From the IMG/VR virus record IMGVR_UViG_2974764813_000001, positions 32,001 through 96,000 of that record: a stretch of DNA of 64,000 bases. One strand, 5' to 3'. The number at the start of each line of letters is the position of its first letter. The first letter of the stretch is position 1. This DNA is from a virus. Lineage: Duplodnaviria; Caudoviricetes. The translations under genes and the position numbers were made by a program. This document shows, in pieces, positions 18,692 through 29,105 of the stretch. A model generated the notes under the pieces. The model searched no databases. It was given only the letters and a program-made list of their open reading frames with translations, and had not been told where the DNA came from.

Positions 18692-19463
18692 CGACGAGCT
18701 CTATGCGCCCAGCGTGTTCATGTCCGACTACGACCACCCGGCGCCCGAGACGGTGGTCAACGCCCCGCTGCCGCGCGGCACCGAGGGCGGCCTGATCGAG
18801 ACCACCAAGCGCGCGGTGGTCACCGCGATCCGCACCGCGCTCACTGCGACCGGCATGTCCACCGGCGACCGGCCGCTCTACATCGACCAGGAATACCCGA
18901 TGAAGGAGCTGCACTACCCCGGCGTGTGGGTGCAGTTCTCCATCACCAAGCTCAACCGCGCAGGCATCGGCCATGAGGTCGCCGTCGAGGTGGACGACCA
19001 GTGGTGCACCGTGCAGGAGTGGATGGTGGAGGGCCGGGTCACCGTGTCGGTGGTCGGCCTGAAAAACAAAGACCGCGACCGCATCTCTGACGCGATCATC
19101 GCGATGCTGGCGTTCTCCCGGCCGCCGGAGCCGGTACTGACCAACGCCGCCGTGGACACCAAACAGAACCGCAGCCTGTTCGCCGCGCTGGCCGAGAACC
19201 CGCACATGTCGATCACGCTGAACACCGACGTGCTCTACTCCGGCGGCCAGGGCGTCAACGTCGGCACCCCGTTCTCCCCGGACATGCTCGCCTACGAGGA
19301 CAGCTACTCGTTCGATCTGCAGGGCCAGTTCAACACGGTCTTCCGCCACGACGGCACCTACACGCTCACCCGCGTGGACGTCGACGACTACAGCGCCCCG
19401 TCGACCGCGGAATACCGCGAGCTGGACCCCTGGTCAGGGCCCCCGCCACCCCACACGCTGTGA
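18681..19463 (+). CDS. Tail terminator-like protein
   Basis: Immediately before the sheath gene. Confidence 0.45.
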   Translation: MATDDELYAPSVFMSDYDHPAPETVVNAPLPRGTEGGLIETTKRAVVTAIRTALTATGMSTGDRPLYIDQEYPMKELHYPGVWVQFSITKLNRAGIGHEVAVEVDDQWCTVQEWMVEGRVTVSVVGLKNKDRDRISDAIIAMLAFSRPPEPVLTNAAVDTKQNRSLFAALAENPHMSITLNTDVLYSGGQGVNVGTPFSPDMLAYEDSYSFDLQGQFNTVFRHDGTYTLTRVDVDDYSAPSTAEYRELDPWSGPPPPHTL

Positions 19464-19525
19464 AATCCGCTCCCCAGCCCATGAAAGGGGGAAGGCGCCC
19501 TGGCTGGTGGTGACGGAGGTATGCA

Positions 19526-21049
19526 ATGGCCGTTTCAAGCGCTGCGAATTTCGGCAGTCGGTACCTGCCGCCCGGCGTATACACGAGGATCGTCGACGGT
19601 CCTCAGCTGGCGGTCAACTCCTCGATGCCCACGGCGGTGGGCCTGTTCGGGACGGCGGTCGGGTTCCGCACCTGGCTGGAGACCTTGCAGATCAACCCCG
19701 ACACCGACGCCGAGACCCCCGCGATCAACCGGACCCTGGCCAAGCAGGGCATCGACGTCGAGACCCTGGTGGTGCGCAACCCCACCTCGGGCCAGACCTA
19801 CGTCGAGGGCACCGATTACACCGTCGAGCACATCGGCGGCACGATCAACACCCCCAACGCGACCTACGCCATCGCGCGGGTGATCGACGGCGGTCACATC
19901 GACCCCGGCACCGAGGTCCAGATCTCCTATCGCTACACCGATCCCAAGTACTTCGACCCGTACATCTTCTACGACTACGAAGACGTCCGCGCCGCCTACG
20001 GCGACCCGTACAACACGGCCACCGGCGAGATCCAGTCCGAGCTCACGCTGCACGCCAAGTTCGCCTTCGCCAACGGTGCCTACCAGGTCGTCTGCGTCGC
20101 GGTGGACCCGGCGACCCCCGGCTCGCCCACCACTGGCGAGTACGCCGACGCGCTGGCCAAGCTCTCCGACCAGCCGCAGGTCGCGGTCGTGTCGTCCTGC
20201 TCGGGCGCGGTCCCGCTGCACGCCCTGGTCCAGCAGCACGTGCGGGTGCAGTCCGACAACCGCTTCGAGCGCCGCGCGATCCTGGGCATGGACGGCAGCG
20301 TCACCCCGATTGCCTCCGCGCAGCGGATCCTCAACGCCCAGGCGCTCACCGACCGGCGCGTCGCCCTGGTCAGCCCGTCGAGCTTCGTCACCTACAGCGA
20401 AGAGCTCAACAACGAGGTCACCCTCGGCGGCCAGTACATGGCGACCTGCCTGGCGGCCATGACGGTGGCGATGGACTTCGCCCAGCCACTCACCCACAAG
20501 CGGATCACCGGCTGGAAGGCCATCGGCGAGCTGCAGCCCGAGGGCGAGAAGAACCTCGAGTCGCAAAACGGCCTGATGGTCGTGGAGCAGACCCGCCAGC
20601 AGATCATCCGGGTGCGCCACGGTGTGACCACCGACCCCACCGACCTGATCTCGCGCGAGTGGAACGTCACCGGCCAGACCGACGCGCTGACCTTCCGCAT
20701 CCGCGACTACCTGGAGGCGGCCAACCTGATCGGCCAGCCGATCTACGGCTACACGCTGATCAACGTCAAGAGCTCGGCGCAGTCCGCACTCGAAAGCCTT
20801 AAGCGCGACGGGCTTTTGGTCGACTACCACGGCCTCAAGGCCCGCCAGCTGCTGACCAACCCCGACGTCATCTCGGTGTCGTTCACCTGGCTCCCGGCCT
20901 TCCCGCTGAACTACATCGTCGTCGAGTTCGGCATCAGCCTCACCAACGGCGAGGTCTCCATCGGAGATACCGCCAACCTCAACAACTTTGGATCGCCGAG
21001 CGCCACCAACAGCTTCGGCGGCCCCGGAAACACCCTGCAGAGCATCTAA
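19526..21049 (+). CDS. Tail sheath protein
   Basis: YLPPGVYT N-terminus; RVRHGVTTD and FPLNYIVVEF C-terminal sheath motifs. Confidence 0.9.
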   Translation: MAVSSAANFGSRYLPPGVYTRIVDGPQLAVNSSMPTAVGLFGTAVGFRTWLETLQINPDTDAETPAINRTLAKQGIDVETLVVRNPTSGQTYVEGTDYTVEHIGGTINTPNATYAIARVIDGGHIDPGTEVQISYRYTDPKYFDPYIFYDYEDVRAAYGDPYNTATGEIQSELTLHAKFAFANGAYQVVCVAVDPATPGSPTTGEYADALAKLSDQPQVAVVSSCSGAVPLHALVQQHVRVQSDNRFERRAILGMDGSVTPIASAQRILNAQALTDRRVALVSPSSFVTYSEELNNEVTLGGQYMATCLAAMTVAMDFAQPLTHKRITGWKAIGELQPEGEKNLESQNGLMVVEQTRQQIIRVRHGVTTDPTDLISREWNVTGQTDALTFRIRDYLEAANLIGQPIYGYTLINVKSSAQSALESLKRDGLLVDYHGLKARQLLTNPDVISVSFTWLPAFPLNYIVVEFGISLTNGEVSIGDTANLNNFGSPSATNSFGGPGNTLQSI

Positions 21050-21061
21050 GGACGGTGAATC

Positions 21062-21535
21062 GTGCCCATCGGCAAAATCCGCGTTGCTGGGTCGGGGTAT
21101 ACAACCCTGCTGTTCCAGGGGCAGCGCTTGGCCTACCTCCAGGTCATCCAGGACACGCCGCCCACCCCGGTGGCCCAGGCGCAGGCCGTCCAATCCCTGG
21201 ATGAGCCGGTACCGCAGGAGATCGTCACCGCGGGTGCGGTCGGCGTCGGCACGTTGCGAATGACCTTCTACGAGAAGTGGATTTCGCCTGCGTGGGCGTC
21301 GCTGCCGGGCCTGGAGGGGACCAACAACCTCCTCGAGGTGCTCCAGCGCCAGCTCACCCTGGGGTCGATCACGATGCAGAAGATCGTGCGTCACCCCGGC
21401 ACCGGCCAGATGCGCGCCCGCGTCTACCACGACGTCGTCATCACCGACATCGACGAGGGCGAGAACATCAACATCGGCACGATGACGCTGCCGAAGACCA
21501 TCACCGCCCAGTATTGCTACACCACGCCGGTGTAA
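21062..21535 (+). CDS. Tail tube protein
   Basis: 157 aa after the sheath; VYHDVVITDI motif. Confidence 0.8.
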   Translation: MPIGKIRVAGSGYTTLLFQGQRLAYLQVIQDTPPTPVAQAQAVQSLDEPVPQEIVTAGAVGVGTLRMTFYEKWISPAWASLPGLEGTNNLLEVLQRQLTLGSITMQKIVRHPGTGQMRARVYHDVVITDIDEGENINIGTMTLPKTITAQYCYTTPV

Positions 21536-21590
21536 TAGCTGACCTGCGCTTTCGCTCAGCTTGCTGTTTAGCTCTGAAAAAGGAGACACC

Positions 21591-21764
21591 ATGGCACCAC
21601 GCATTGCTCGGCAGGCAGAGACCTTCGGCCTGCACGAGGTCGAGGAGGCCCGCCAGCGGACCGCGGCGAGCATCGCGGACCCGGCCGAGATCGCTGACCT
21701 GCTCAAGGGTCCGCGCATCCAGGCCGGGCTTCTGCAGGTGCGCGACGAAGGGGACATCGAGTGA
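21591..21764 (+). CDS. Small hypothetical protein
   Basis: AAGGAG RBS; GTGA overlap with the chaperone gene. Confidence 0.6.
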   Translation: MAPRIARQAETFGLHEVEEARQRTAASIADPAEIADLLKGPRIQAGLLQVRDEGDIE

Positions 21765-22327
21765 CGAGCGTCCCCGAGCCGAACCTGGGCCCGCCGCCGA
21801 CGCTGGCGACACCGGGCATCCAGCCCCCGACGCAATTCGTTCCCGCACAACCGTTCTCCGAGGACGAGTTCGACCCGATGGCCGTGGCCCCGCCGCCGGA
21901 GCCCGAAGAGGTCGAGGAGGAAGAGGTCACCGAGCTCGACGACGACGAGCTGCGGCTGTTCGCCTCGCTGCTCACCGTCGGCCAGATCTTCAAGACGATC
22001 TCGGTGATGGGCCACAAGGTCAAGATCCAAAGCCTGCGCGTGGCAGACGATTTGCGCATCGGGCTGTACTGCCGCCCGCACGAGGGCTCGAAGATGGAGC
22101 AGCGGGCCTACCAGCTCGCTGTGTGCGCCGCGGGCATCGTCGAGGTCAACGGCCAGCCGCTGGTGAATTCGTTCCTGCCGATGACCGACGACGAGCGGTT
22201 CGACAAGCAGGCCGAGATCCTCAAGAACGCCTATCCGGTCATGCTCACCCGCGTCCACCGGGCGATCATGGCGCTGGACCAGGAGTTCGTCGAACTGGCA
22301 GACAAACTGGGAAAACTCGAAGGCTAG
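21761..22327 (+). CDS. Tail assembly chaperone (gpG-like)
   Basis: Between tube and tape measure; slippery site near its 3' end. Confidence 0.8.
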   Translation: MTSVPEPNLGPPPTLATPGIQPPTQFVPAQPFSEDEFDPMAVAPPPEPEEVEEEEVTELDDDELRLFASLLTVGQIFKTISVMGHKVKIQSLRVADDLRIGLYCRPHEGSKMEQRAYQLAVCAAGIVEVNGQPLVNSFLPMTDDERFDKQAEILKNAYPVMLTRVHRAIMALDQEFVELADKLGKLEG

Positions 22328-22737
22328 ACGCACGTGCGGAAGTGGAAGTGCGTCTGGCCCATGAGCAAGGACTACTGCATCAGCGCATCCTGAGCCGCTT
22401 CCAGCACTGGGCGCTCCTCTATTGGATCTACATGGACCGCCGCACGGAGAACGAAACCACGTTCGCCGCGCTGGAACTGCAGTGCTTCAACCTCCACCAG
22501 GAGCGCTGGGAGCAGATCTACAAGGACCTGCCCCAGTCCACGCTGGCGCCCACGGCCGACGAGGACGAAGAGGTCCCGGTCGACGACATCGAGGCGATCC
22601 ACGCCTTCTACGAGGAGGCCGAGCGCAACGGCAGCGTCGGCGGGTCGATGTCCGGTGCGGACGCCCCCGACCTCTACGACGTGGCGCGCTCGGGTTGGCC
22701 AGCCAGCAACGACAAGGCGTGGGGTGAGTGGACATGA
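22309..22737 (+). CDS. -1 frameshift extension of tail chaperone (gpGT-like)
   Basis: G GGA AAA at 22309-22315; -1 frame open to TGA 22737, overlapping the tape measure start. Confidence 0.8.
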   Translation, partial: GKTRRLDARAEVEVRLAHEQGLLHQRILSRFQHWALLYWIYMDRRTENETTFAALELQCFNLHQERWEQIYKDLPQSTLAPTADEDEEVPVDDIEAIHAFYEEAERNGSVGGSMSGADAPDLYDVARSGWPASNDKAWGEWT

Positions 22738-25052
22738 GCAGTCCCGACAGCGGCAGCAGCTTCCAGCAGGGTGAGGACTTCGTCGCCGCCCGGCTGTCCA
22801 TCGACGTCCCCTCCGACGGCATCGCCACCCTGCGCGAGCTCAGCCAGGAGATCGAGCGCTACCGCGTCGGTGCGGAGGCCGCGGCCCGCGCCCAGGACAA
22901 CTTCACCCAGTACCTCACCCAGTCGGCCGAGGTCGCCGACCGCGCCGCCGGGGCCCAGCAGAACCTGATCACCGCCCTGCAGCGCACCGCCGAACTGCAG
23001 GAGCGCATCGCCAGCGGATCCTCCACCGCCGGGGGCATCACCGTGCCGCAGGGCTACGTCGACCCGTTCGGCAACGCCCAGGCCGGGCACGGCGGCTTCC
23101 GCTCGCCCAACGACATGACCGCGGTCAACCTCGACTCGGTGCAGGGCCAGATCGAACAGCTGCGCAACACCGATCCGCGCACCTACCTCAACATGCAGGC
23201 CGCCCGCGGCAACCTGCGCGCCGGGGACCTCCCGGCCGCCACCCCCGATGAGACCCAGCTGCACCAGGCCGCCAGCCGGGTGGCCACCCGCGATCAGCAG
23301 AACGCTCAGCGCATCTCGGCGCAAAACTCGGCCAACGACACCGCCAGCCTGCGTGGCTCCATCGGCCGCGGCGCCGGAATGGCCCAGCAGGTCCTCAACG
23401 AGGTCGGCGCCGGAGGGTCGCTCCAGGGACTGGGTGGCCTGGCCGCCAATGCGCTGACCTCCGCGGCAGCCTCCGGCGGCATCCAGGGTGGCGCGCTGGC
23501 CGGGATCGCACGCTACGCCGGGGGAGCGGGCCTGGGCCTCGGTGGCCTGCTGGCCGCCAATGGGCTGCTGCAAAAGGGCGGCGAAGTGGTGCAGGGCTAC
23601 GCCAACATGGGCTCGATCCGCGGCGGCGGCGCCATGGAGGGCTTCGGCACCGAGATGGCCATCCGCGCCATGGCGATGAACCCGCTGATCAGCACCGAGC
23701 AGAGCCGCCAGATCATCCAGAGCGCGCTCACCGAGGGCTACACCGGCAAGACCTTCGACACCGTGACCGGCTTCATCTCCCACAACCTCACCGAGATGAA
23801 CATGAGCGTCAACGAGTCGGTCGAGCTGCTGCGCAAGAACGTCAACGAGGGCGGTCAGTCGATTGCCGGTCTGGCCGCCAACCTCGGTGTGCTGCGGGGC
23901 CTGTCCAAGGACGGGGTGCGCAGCCTGCCGGAACTGTCTGCGGAATTCCAGGCCACCACCAGCAACCTGGTGGGCGCGGGCATGTCCGGCGCCGACGCCG
24001 AACGCGCCGCGCTGCTGGCCGGGCAGATGTTCCCCGACAGCCAGAACCTCAAAGACGTCGGCGGCAAGATCGCCAACGGGATGATGAACCCCCAGAACCT
24101 GTCGATGATCCAGGCATTCGGCGGGGTCAACGTCCCCAAGGGCCTCTCGCCGTTCGCGATGCCCTACGCCATGAGCGGCGACCAGCTCGTCCAGGGTGGC
24201 GAAGGCGTGCTGCGCAAGTACGCCCAGCAGATCTACCGCGGTGCGGGCAGCCCGCCGGAGGGCAGCGCAGCCTACTTCAACGTCATGGCCAGCTTCGGCC
24301 AGTTCGCCGCGCGCTTCGGCATCGCGCCCAACGAGGTCAAGGAACTGTTCCCGAAGCTGCTGCGCGGCGAGGACATCACCGGCGGCGCCAGCGAGCGGGT
24401 CGCCGACGAGATGAAAGAGCAGACCTCGGTCCAGGAGCGAGGTTTCTGGCAGCAGTGGGGCGGCAACCTGGCCGACACCGGCGAGATGCTCGGTGACGTC
24501 GTCGGCGGCAACGCGCGCACCGTCTTCTCCAATCTCGGCTCGCTGCTCAGCGGGCACTGGAGCGAGATCCCCAAGCGCTGGGCCGAACGGGGCAAGAAGA
24601 ACATCGAGTCCTGGAACGCCCCCAGCAAACGCTCCGGCGACTACCGCATCCCGATGCTCGACCAGATCATGGCCGAGTACGGGCCGACCGGCATCGAGAT
24701 CCTCGACGAGAACCAGAAGTCGGTGAAGTTCAACCCGAACGACCGCGGACAGATGGACAAAATCTCCGAGGGCGCCTACACCTGGCGGCCCAAGGGCTCC
24801 ACCGGCCGCGGCGTCACCCTCAGCGAGACCCCGCAGGCCGGGGAGAACTTCCGCGACCGCGTCACCCAGGTGCAGGGCAGTGTGCAGCTGGGCCTGACCC
24901 CCGACGCGGCCAAACTGCTGCAGCCCCAGGGCGGCAACACGATCCGGCTCACCCCGCACGAGCAGCGCGCCAACCAGAGCTACGGCGACGCCATGCCCAA
25001 CAACGCGCCTCCCGGTGAAGGGCCCCTCACGCGCGGCAGGAGCGGGTGGTGA
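22734..25052 (+). CDS. Tape measure protein
   Basis: Ala/Gly/Gln-rich, ~770 aa, follows the chaperones. Confidence 0.75.
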   Translation: MSSPDSGSSFQQGEDFVAARLSIDVPSDGIATLRELSQEIERYRVGAEAAARAQDNFTQYLTQSAEVADRAAGAQQNLITALQRTAELQERIASGSSTAGGITVPQGYVDPFGNAQAGHGGFRSPNDMTAVNLDSVQGQIEQLRNTDPRTYLNMQAARGNLRAGDLPAATPDETQLHQAASRVATRDQQNAQRISAQNSANDTASLRGSIGRGAGMAQQVLNEVGAGGSLQGLGGLAANALTSAAASGGIQGGALAGIARYAGGAGLGLGGLLAANGLLQKGGEVVQGYANMGSIRGGGAMEGFGTEMAIRAMAMNPLISTEQSRQIIQSALTEGYTGKTFDTVTGFISHNLTEMNMSVNESVELLRKNVNEGGQSIAGLAANLGVLRGLSKDGVRSLPELSAEFQATTSNLVGAGMSGADAERAALLAGQMFPDSQNLKDVGGKIANGMMNPQNLSMIQAFGGVNVPKGLSPFAMPYAMSGDQLVQGGEGVLRKYAQQIYRGAGSPPEGSAAYFNVMASFGQFAARFGIAPNEVKELFPKLLRGEDITGGASERVADEMKEQTSVQERGFWQQWGGNLADTGEMLGDVVGGNARTVFSNLGSLLSGHWSEIPKRWAERGKKNIESWNAPSKRSGDYRIPMLDQIMAEYGPTGIEILDENQKSVKFNPNDRGQMDKISEGAYTWRPKGSTGRGVTLSETPQAGENFRDRVTQVQGSVQLGLTPDAAKLLQPQGGNTIRLTPHEQRANQSYGDAMPNNAPPGEGPLTRGRSGW

Positions 25053-25585
25053 CCTCCCCACAGTTCCCGGCGCCCGGCGGCGACAACCCGCAGCGCGGCA
25101 TCGCCAGCATCCAGTTCGGCGGTCGCGTGCTGCGCTTCCGCACCAACCCGAACTCGATCTGGTGGAACTACAAGCTCATCACCGCGGTGGAGAACACCTA
25201 CGGCGGCCGGGTGGTGCAGATCCTCGGCGCTCGCATCGAGGACCTCGTCGTGCAGGTCGACATCGGCCGCGGCGGCTGGCCCTACATGATGCAGGTCGTC
25301 AACTTCATGCGCGACATGATCAACGACCAGCGCAAGGGCGACCCCGGCACCTTCACCTACACCACCCGCAACTGGCGGCTGAAGGTGTTCGCGCTGTCGG
25401 TGCCGTTCCAGGACACCCTCACCGCCACCACCCGCGAGATCGAGCTGCGCTTCAAGGTCCAAGAAGACGTCTCCGGCGTGCAAACCTCCGCGGCGCTGTC
25501 GGATGCACTGGCCCGTCTCCAGGACGGCGTCGGCTTCAAGAAGAGCAAGTACAACACCAGCAATTCGAGCTCGTGGGGCCAGTAA
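25046..25585 (+). CDS. Baseplate/tube initiator-like protein
   Basis: FRTNPNSI...ENTYGGRVVQ; position after tape measure. Confidence 0.5.
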   Translation: MVTSPQFPAPGGDNPQRGIASIQFGGRVLRFRTNPNSIWWNYKLITAVENTYGGRVVQILGARIEDLVVQVDIGRGGWPYMMQVVNFMRDMINDQRKGDPGTFTYTTRNWRLKVFALSVPFQDTLTATTREIELRFKVQEDVSGVQTSAALSDALARLQDGVGFKKSKYNTSNSSSWGQ

Positions 25586-25607
25586 AGGGTGAGAGAAGAG
25601 GTGTGCC

Positions 25608-25769
25608 ATGGCTGATTTCGCGAGCAACTGCCCGGTCAGTTGGCCGATCAAGATTCCGAATCTGCTGCCCGAGATCGACCTCAACGGCGTGATGTTCTCC
25701 TACCAGCACGGCCTGGTCTACAACGCCGACGACCCGCCCTCGCAGCTGCGCCAGCCGGTCGAGGAGTGA
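25608..25769 (+). CDS. Small hypothetical protein (53 aa)
   Basis: GAGGTG RBS; fills the gap in the operon. Confidence 0.55.
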   Translation: MADFASNCPVSWPIKIPNLLPEIDLNGVMFSYQHGLVYNADDPPSQLRQPVEE

Positions 25770-25770
25770 T

Positions 25771-26319
25771 ATGCCGCTGCAGCTGAAGAGCACGACGCTC
25801 GGCGTCGAACACACGCTGGCCTGCACCTCGTTTCAGACGACGCTCTTCTCGGAGATGTCCACCGTGCAGACCAAGGAGATGCAGCAGCATTTCCCGATCA
25901 AGGCCCAGCAGCCCGCGGTCACCTTCAACGTGGTGTTCCCCAGCGAGCGCGACTTCGAGGACTTCCAGAAGTTCGTGCGCCGCCACCAGCAGGCCGCGCT
26001 GCACAGCTGGCCCAACCCGCAGATCACCCTGTGGTGGCCGGAGCGCAACATCCAGAACTGGACCGGCATCATCAAGGACTTCCGCGCCGGTGGCCAGCGC
26101 TTCAACCCCATGCCACGGGCCCAGCTCAGCGTCGACCTGATCGACTCGGTGTACTCCACGCGCACCGAGCTGGCCAGCATGGCGCAGACCATCTGGGCGG
26201 TCGCGGGCTACGGCTCGCCCTCGGGCGTGCTCACCCAGCCGCTGCAGATCGTCGAAGAACTGCTCGACCGCATCGGCGTCGGCGGCGGCGCCGGATCCTT
26301 CCTGCGAGGTGGCCGATGA
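25771..26319 (+). CDS. Baseplate-associated protein
   Basis: GAGGAG RBS, operon position. Confidence 0.5.
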   Translation: MPLQLKSTTLGVEHTLACTSFQTTLFSEMSTVQTKEMQQHFPIKAQQPAVTFNVVFPSERDFEDFQKFVRRHQQAALHSWPNPQITLWWPERNIQNWTGIIKDFRAGGQRFNPMPRAQLSVDLIDSVYSTRTELASMAQTIWAVAGYGSPSGVLTQPLQIVEELLDRIGVGGGAGSFLRGGR

Positions 26320-29105
26320 CCTCAGCCGTCAACGACCTGGTCTCGCGGGTCAACATCGACCCGTTCAGCCCGCCGGAGATGAAGACCCTGGTCTACTCCC
26401 CGGACGTCCAGGTGTTCGTCGAACACAACGGCCGCCAGTACGACATCTCCAAGGACGTCGTGCGGGTGACGGTCATCCGCAAGGAGAACTCGGCGTCGTC
26501 GGTGTTCGTCAGCGTGGCCAACAAGGGCGGTCGCTACAGCGGCAAGGTCGCGCCGATGGACCGGATCACCGTGTTCATGAAGCGCTTCAAGTGGACGCAG
26601 GTGCTCTCCGGCTACGTCGACAAGGGCCCGCACTCCCAGCTCTACCAGGGCGTGTCGATGATCAAGGCGACGTGCACGCTCAAGCGCCTCATGCACACCC
26701 GGTGGAACCCCGGCCTGCCCGGCTGCGAGAAGTTCTTCGGCCAGATGGGTGCCGCCCAGGCCAACGCGGGCGACGGCCAGACCCTGGACTCGGGCTTCGG
26801 CTCGCTGCTGCGCCAGCTGCTCATGGAGGTCGGCGGCTGGCAGCCCAGCAACATCCACATCCAGAACTTCCCGGTGAGCTTCTACAACTTCCTCACCAGC
26901 CAGGTCCGGGCCAACGCCGGAGCCAACCAGGCCGCGGTCGAGAAGTTCAAGCACCTGCTCCTCGGCGACGACATCTCCAGCGGCGCCAAGTCGTTCGCCA
27001 ACTACAGCTCCTCGGCGGGCACCCCCGGCCCGATTGGCGCCGGGCAGGCGTTCTACGTCGGCGAGATCATCGCCGCCTGTGACGAGCTCGGCCTGGGCCC
27101 GCTCAACCTCAACCTGCAGACCGCCCAACAGCTGCAGGAGGCCGCCGCCCAGGGCGCGGCGGGCGCGACCTCTGGCCTGGACCCCAACCAGAGCGCCGCC
27201 TGGGAGGGCGTCGCGGAGGCAGCCACCAACCTGCAGCAGTCCAGCAGCAACAGCGACGGCGCGATCCTCGGCATCGCCTGCGCGCTGGGGGAGAGCGGGC
27301 TACGCAACCTGCCCAACCCAGAGATCCCCGAGAGCTTCCAACTGCCGCACGATCCCTATGGCGGCCCCTACGACCACGACTCGGTCGGCCTGTTCCAGCA
27401 GCGCAACTTCGCCGAGTGGGGCACGGTACAGCAGCGCATGAACCCGCGGCAGTCCGCACGCATGTTCTTCCAGCACCTCGCCGGGATCGAGGGCTGGCGC
27501 AACATGGACCCCGGCCAGGCCATCTACCGGGTGCAGCGCGGCGGCTCCCCGTCGTACTACAGCAGCTTCATCGCCCAGGCCAAGGAGCTCGTCGCCGCCC
27601 ACCGCGCAGCCAGCCAGGCAGCGGCCACCACGATCACCTCCAATCCGATCACCGGCGCGGTCAGCGGTGTGGCCGGGGCCGCGGGCATCAACGTCGGGCC
27701 GTCGCTGGCTGCTGCGGTCGGCCAGGCCACCACCAGCCCGGACCCCGCCGCGGCACGCGCACAACTGGGCAAGCCCAACCCCGACTCCGAGGGCGCGGTG
27801 CAGACCGCCCTGCAGTACATGAGCACCCCGTATCACTGGGGCGGCAAGACCCCGGCCGCGGGCTTCGACTGCTCGGGCCTGATGACCTGGGCCTACAAGG
27901 CCATCGGCATCGACATCGGGCACGGCACCAGCGGCATCCGCGCCACCGTGCAGCAGATCTCGCCCAGCCAGATCCAGCGTGGCGACATCATCATCCGCGG
28001 CTCTGGCGGCGGCACGCACGCCCAGATGTACTACGAGCCCGGCGCCATCCTCGACACCGGCGGCCCCGAGGGCAGGCCCGGCAGCCTCAAGCCGATGGCC
28101 CCGCTGCAGCCCGGCGACTCGGTGCACCACGTCTGCGACAACGGCGGGCCGGACCCGTCCTCACCGCGGCTGGACCCCGCCCTGGTGAGCAACCCGCTGC
28201 CCACCCCCGGCACCGGGGCGGCCACCGGCCTGGGTGGCGGTGCGGGCGGCTCGCACTCCGAGCCCATCGCGCGCAACCTGTTCTCCTACATCTTCGAGCC
28301 GAGCCAGTACGCCTCGGACATCGCGCCGCTGTGGGGCATGGCCGGAGGCCACAAGGACTTCATCGACTCCCAGCCGCTGATGCAGATGGTGCAGGCGTTC
28401 TGCCGGGCGTCGATGCGCAACTTCCAGTCCGCGCCCAACGGCGACTTCATCGCCTACTACCCGGACTACTTCGGGCTCGACGGCAAGCCCGCGGTGATGC
28501 GCCTGGAGGACATCGAGCTCAAAGACGTCCACATCGACGTCTCCGACGACAACCTGGCCACCCACGTCTACGTCGCCGGGCAGTCGACCATGCTCGGCCA
28601 GCTCGACCAGGTCAGCCAGTGGCTGGACACCGCGGGCACCGCCACCGTCGAGGACGAGTGGCTGTTCCAGCGCATCCGCAAGGTCAGCGTCGGCGACTAC
28701 AGCGCCACCGACGGCGAAGACATCATGCGCAAGTTCGGCGTGCGGCCCTACCAGGTCACCCAGTCGCTGACCGGCAGCTACGAGCTCGAGTTCCTGCTGG
28801 CATGCCAGATCTTCATGGAGAAGTGGGCCGCCCAGTACGAGACCCAGGTCAGCTTCGCCTTCATGCCGGAACTGTTCCCCGGCATGCGCATCCAGATCGG
28901 CGACCACAACCTGCAGGTCTACGTCTCCGAGGTGGTCCACGACTGCGACTTCGAGCAGGGCTTCCGCACCACCGCCACCATCATGGCGCCGTCGAACCCC
29001 AAGGCCCGCCAGCAGATGGCCGACACCCGCACCGACGCCACCAACACCGAGGCCACCCGCGGCGGGGCAGGCGGGCCGGTGCTCAGCGGGGAGGAGCTGC
29101 ACTGA
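26316..29105 (+). CDS. Baseplate hub with inserted lysozyme-like and NlpC/P60 peptidoglycan hydrolase domains
   Basis: ESGLRNL...DSVGLFQQR; TPYHWGG...FDCSGL...H; hub-type C-terminus PELFPGMRIQ. Confidence 0.8.
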   Translation: MTSAVNDLVSRVNIDPFSPPEMKTLVYSPDVQVFVEHNGRQYDISKDVVRVTVIRKENSASSVFVSVANKGGRYSGKVAPMDRITVFMKRFKWTQVLSGYVDKGPHSQLYQGVSMIKATCTLKRLMHTRWNPGLPGCEKFFGQMGAAQANAGDGQTLDSGFGSLLRQLLMEVGGWQPSNIHIQNFPVSFYNFLTSQVRANAGANQAAVEKFKHLLLGDDISSGAKSFANYSSSAGTPGPIGAGQAFYVGEIIAACDELGLGPLNLNLQTAQQLQEAAAQGAAGATSGLDPNQSAAWEGVAEAATNLQQSSSNSDGAILGIACALGESGLRNLPNPEIPESFQLPHDPYGGPYDHDSVGLFQQRNFAEWGTVQQRMNPRQSARMFFQHLAGIEGWRNMDPGQAIYRVQRGGSPSYYSSFIAQAKELVAAHRAASQAAATTITSNPITGAVSGVAGAAGINVGPSLAAAVGQATTSPDPAAARAQLGKPNPDSEGAVQTALQYMSTPYHWGGKTPAAGFDCSGLMTWAYKAIGIDIGHGTSGIRATVQQISPSQIQRGDIIIRGSGGGTHAQMYYEPGAILDTGGPEGRPGSLKPMAPLQPGDSVHHVCDNGGPDPSSPRLDPALVSNPLPTPGTGAATGLGGGAGGSHSEPIARNLFSYIFEPSQYASDIAPLWGMAGGHKDFIDSQPLMQMVQAFCRASMRNFQSAPNGDFIAYYPDYFGLDGKPAVMRLEDIELKDVHIDVSDDNLATHVYVAGQSTMLGQLDQVSQWLDTAGTATVEDEWLFQRIRKVSVGDYSATDGEDIMRKFGVRPYQVTQSLTGSYELEFLLACQIFMEKWAAQYETQVSFAFMPELFPGMRIQIGDHNLQVYVSEVVHDCDFEQGFRTTATIMAPSNPKARQQMADTRTDATNTEATRGGAGGPVLSGEELH

